This document shows, piece by piece, positions 62,180-64,000 of a DNA stretch of 64,000 nt (within the stretch, counting starts at the first letter, position 1; every line of letters begins with the position of its first letter). The notes under the pieces were generated by a model. That model worked only from the letters and a program-made list of their open reading frames with translations, did no database searches and had not been told where the DNA came from. The stretch is from Epithemia pelagica. Taxonomy: Eukaryota > Protista > Bacillariophyta. Where the stretch lies: contig OX337235.1 of the NCBI GenBank assembly GCA_946965045.2, positions 1,922,001 through 1,986,000 on the forward strand, given 5' to 3'. The position numbers and the translations under genes were made by a program.

Positions 62180-64000
62180 GTTGTTTTATTTAGGTTACTG
62201 TCTAATCGATAGTTGGACTCCTAAGCGGTCAGTTCACTAAGGAGTGGGGCGGTGTCCATGTTTGGGACGAATTCTGCCATTGGGGCGGGGGAGTATATGG
62301 GTGTTACCGGCGCAAAGCACGGGGATGCCAAATTTTGCAATTGTGTGGTTCTGATTTTTTGTTTCGATTGGTGTTGTCGGATTGCACCTATGTTGTTGTT
62401 GGCGTGAGTCGCGAGGGCTGAGACGATGGTGTGTCCCAATGAAGCTTTGGCGAAGTGCCCGATGGAATATATGTGGGCTTCTGGGTAGCTGAATTTCTTG
62501 GTTTTGGCGTTGGCTGCCGTGAGAAGATTTGATGGTGCTTCGGTGGATTCTTCGAAGAGTCGGAATGCCGATGGTTGAGGTTTACTTCGTTTTTGGTCCT
62601 TGCCGAAGTACGGGTTTTGCCATGGTGGTGGTTGTGTGGTTGTGAATATATGCGGATGGTATTCTGAGGGGAACAAAAGGCGATCGGCGAAAGAACCGAG
62701 TCCTCCAAGATGATCAACGGTGAAGGGTATCAAGTAAATTCCGTTGTCGAAGAGATGTTTGGCCGTGTCTGGGTCTCTGCAAAACTTAGCTCTTGCCGCT
62801 TCTTGATGCGTCCTGGAGGCCATTGAGGCAAGTGTGGTGTGGTCGGACGGGTCGAGTAGGGGCTGTGGCTATTGCGGAGGCGGAATTGTGACGTCGATGG
62901 CGGCATAGTTGAAAGGTTTGTTCTTGTGTGGTTTTGAGAGAAGCATGCCGACGTCTGCCGGTCTAATATTTCTGTGATGTTGAGGTGCCAGTCCTGGGGG
63001 TTCAATGTGGACATCGTGTGGTGTGTCCACGGCTTCGGCAGCCGGAGCTATTTGTTTGAGTACATCAAACAAGGTGTCCCGTATTGCGTTGGACAGAGGT
63101 GTCTTGGATGCTGCCGTGCAAGAAAAAAGGTGGTCTCCCATGGGATCGATTGATTTTGTTTTGGAACAACGGCATTTTTGGGGCCAGTCTTGAGTTGGGT
63201 CGTTGACAAAAAGTGGGAGTTGTAGTTTGCGTTTGATTGCTGTCCGGAAAATTTGGTTTGTGTACCGGAATTTGGAGGCTGTTAGGGGAAGGGAGAGTGC
63301 CATGCTGGTCAGTGGAGACAACAGAGCTGGAAGGAAAAGCCGTTGGTCTGGATCGGTTTCAACAATCAACCGTGGCAATGTGTGTTCTTGCACGGTGTGT
63401 TTAAGGAGTCGGTTGTGGGTAGTCGGTTCGTATCTCGAAGGTACGAATAGCGACTCTTCCGCATGTTCGTTTGCAAAAAGTGATAATGCTTTTCTGAATT
63501 TTGTCATGTGTTCGTTTGTGCTGTCTTTCCAGGAAGTGAAATGTCGTTGGTGGACAGCTGGGATTGGGTTTTCTGTAGAAGACGCGAGATGGATTGCTCG
63601 GGCTGTTTGTGTGAGGAAACGTGGGTATGCAGCTGTTGCTGCCTATTGATAGCCCAGGCCCCCTAGTCGTTGGGGCATGGTCGCTATGAGGGTGGAGGTC
63701 TCGGTGATTTGGTTCTCGTGTAGTGATGTTAGTTTTGCGAGGAATCTGGCGACGAGTTTTTCCGTCCGTTGTGTTGTTGGGCTTGTCCACAGGGTTGTCC
63801 TTGGGTCTTGGTCCGGGTTGGCTAAAAGGATGTCAGATGGCAGCAGGTGCAGAATGGACGAAACCATTCTTGTGTATTTGAAGAGGCTGTGTTTTGTCTG
63901 GAGGTCGTTCAATTGGAGCAAACAGTCCATCTTGTTGTACATATTGTCGAGTTTTTGGTTGATGTATTGTTGCGCAAACGATTGGGACCCGATTGGTTGT
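62180..64000 (-). mobile_element. Decayed CRE-type (RLE) non-LTR retrotransposon, 3' part, running off the window
   Basis: One frame from 63999 to 62221 with two TAG stops; QRLGGLG, CRC...DPMGDHLFSC, RPADVG, AAIDVT, PFTVDHLGGLG. Confidence 0.88.

Noticed and set aside
1-64000. CRISPR arrays, operons, prokaryotic promoters or terminators
   Set aside because: No regularly spaced repeat-spacer array seen; the DNA is eukaryotic with spliceosomal introns.

Overview
Eukaryotic nuclear DNA, very likely from a diatom. This is inferred from short GT-AG introns and from CoDi-type copia, Ambal-type and CRE-type retroelements. The ORF track uses GTG/TTG starts, so I reassigned starts to ATG. After a partial cytochrome P450 gene, 944-21397 is an almost continuous transposon island with boundaries visible to the base. 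It holds a PIF/Harbinger DNA transposon (947-12472; 52-bp TIRs, CAA TSD) whose transposase is frameshifted. That element's second gene is interrupted by an intact Ty1/copia LTR retrotransposon (3856-12239; apparently identical 783-bp LTRs, AGTTT TSD). Five bp further on is a full-length two-ORF APE-RT-RNase H non-LTR element (12494-21381; 16-bp TSD, (TTA)n tail). The copia carries an unexplained extra 259-aa ORF upstream of gag-pol, a PBS matching a tRNA-Asn anticodon arm instead of a tRNA 3' end, and a chromodomain-like module. The rest is host sequence: FMO, HAD hydrolase, SAM-type mitochondrial carrier, GT-A glycosyltransferase, membrane-anchored kinase, RCC1-repeat protein, alpha/beta-hydrolase-like protein and several unknowns. 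It also contains a solitary 5S rRNA gene missed by the ORF track, two decayed CRE-type retrotransposons, a TGGGAGTCA motif cluster, and a set of small hydrophobic-leader, Ser/Arg-rich ORFs sharing short motifs. All family assignments are by-eye motif recognition; no database searches were run.
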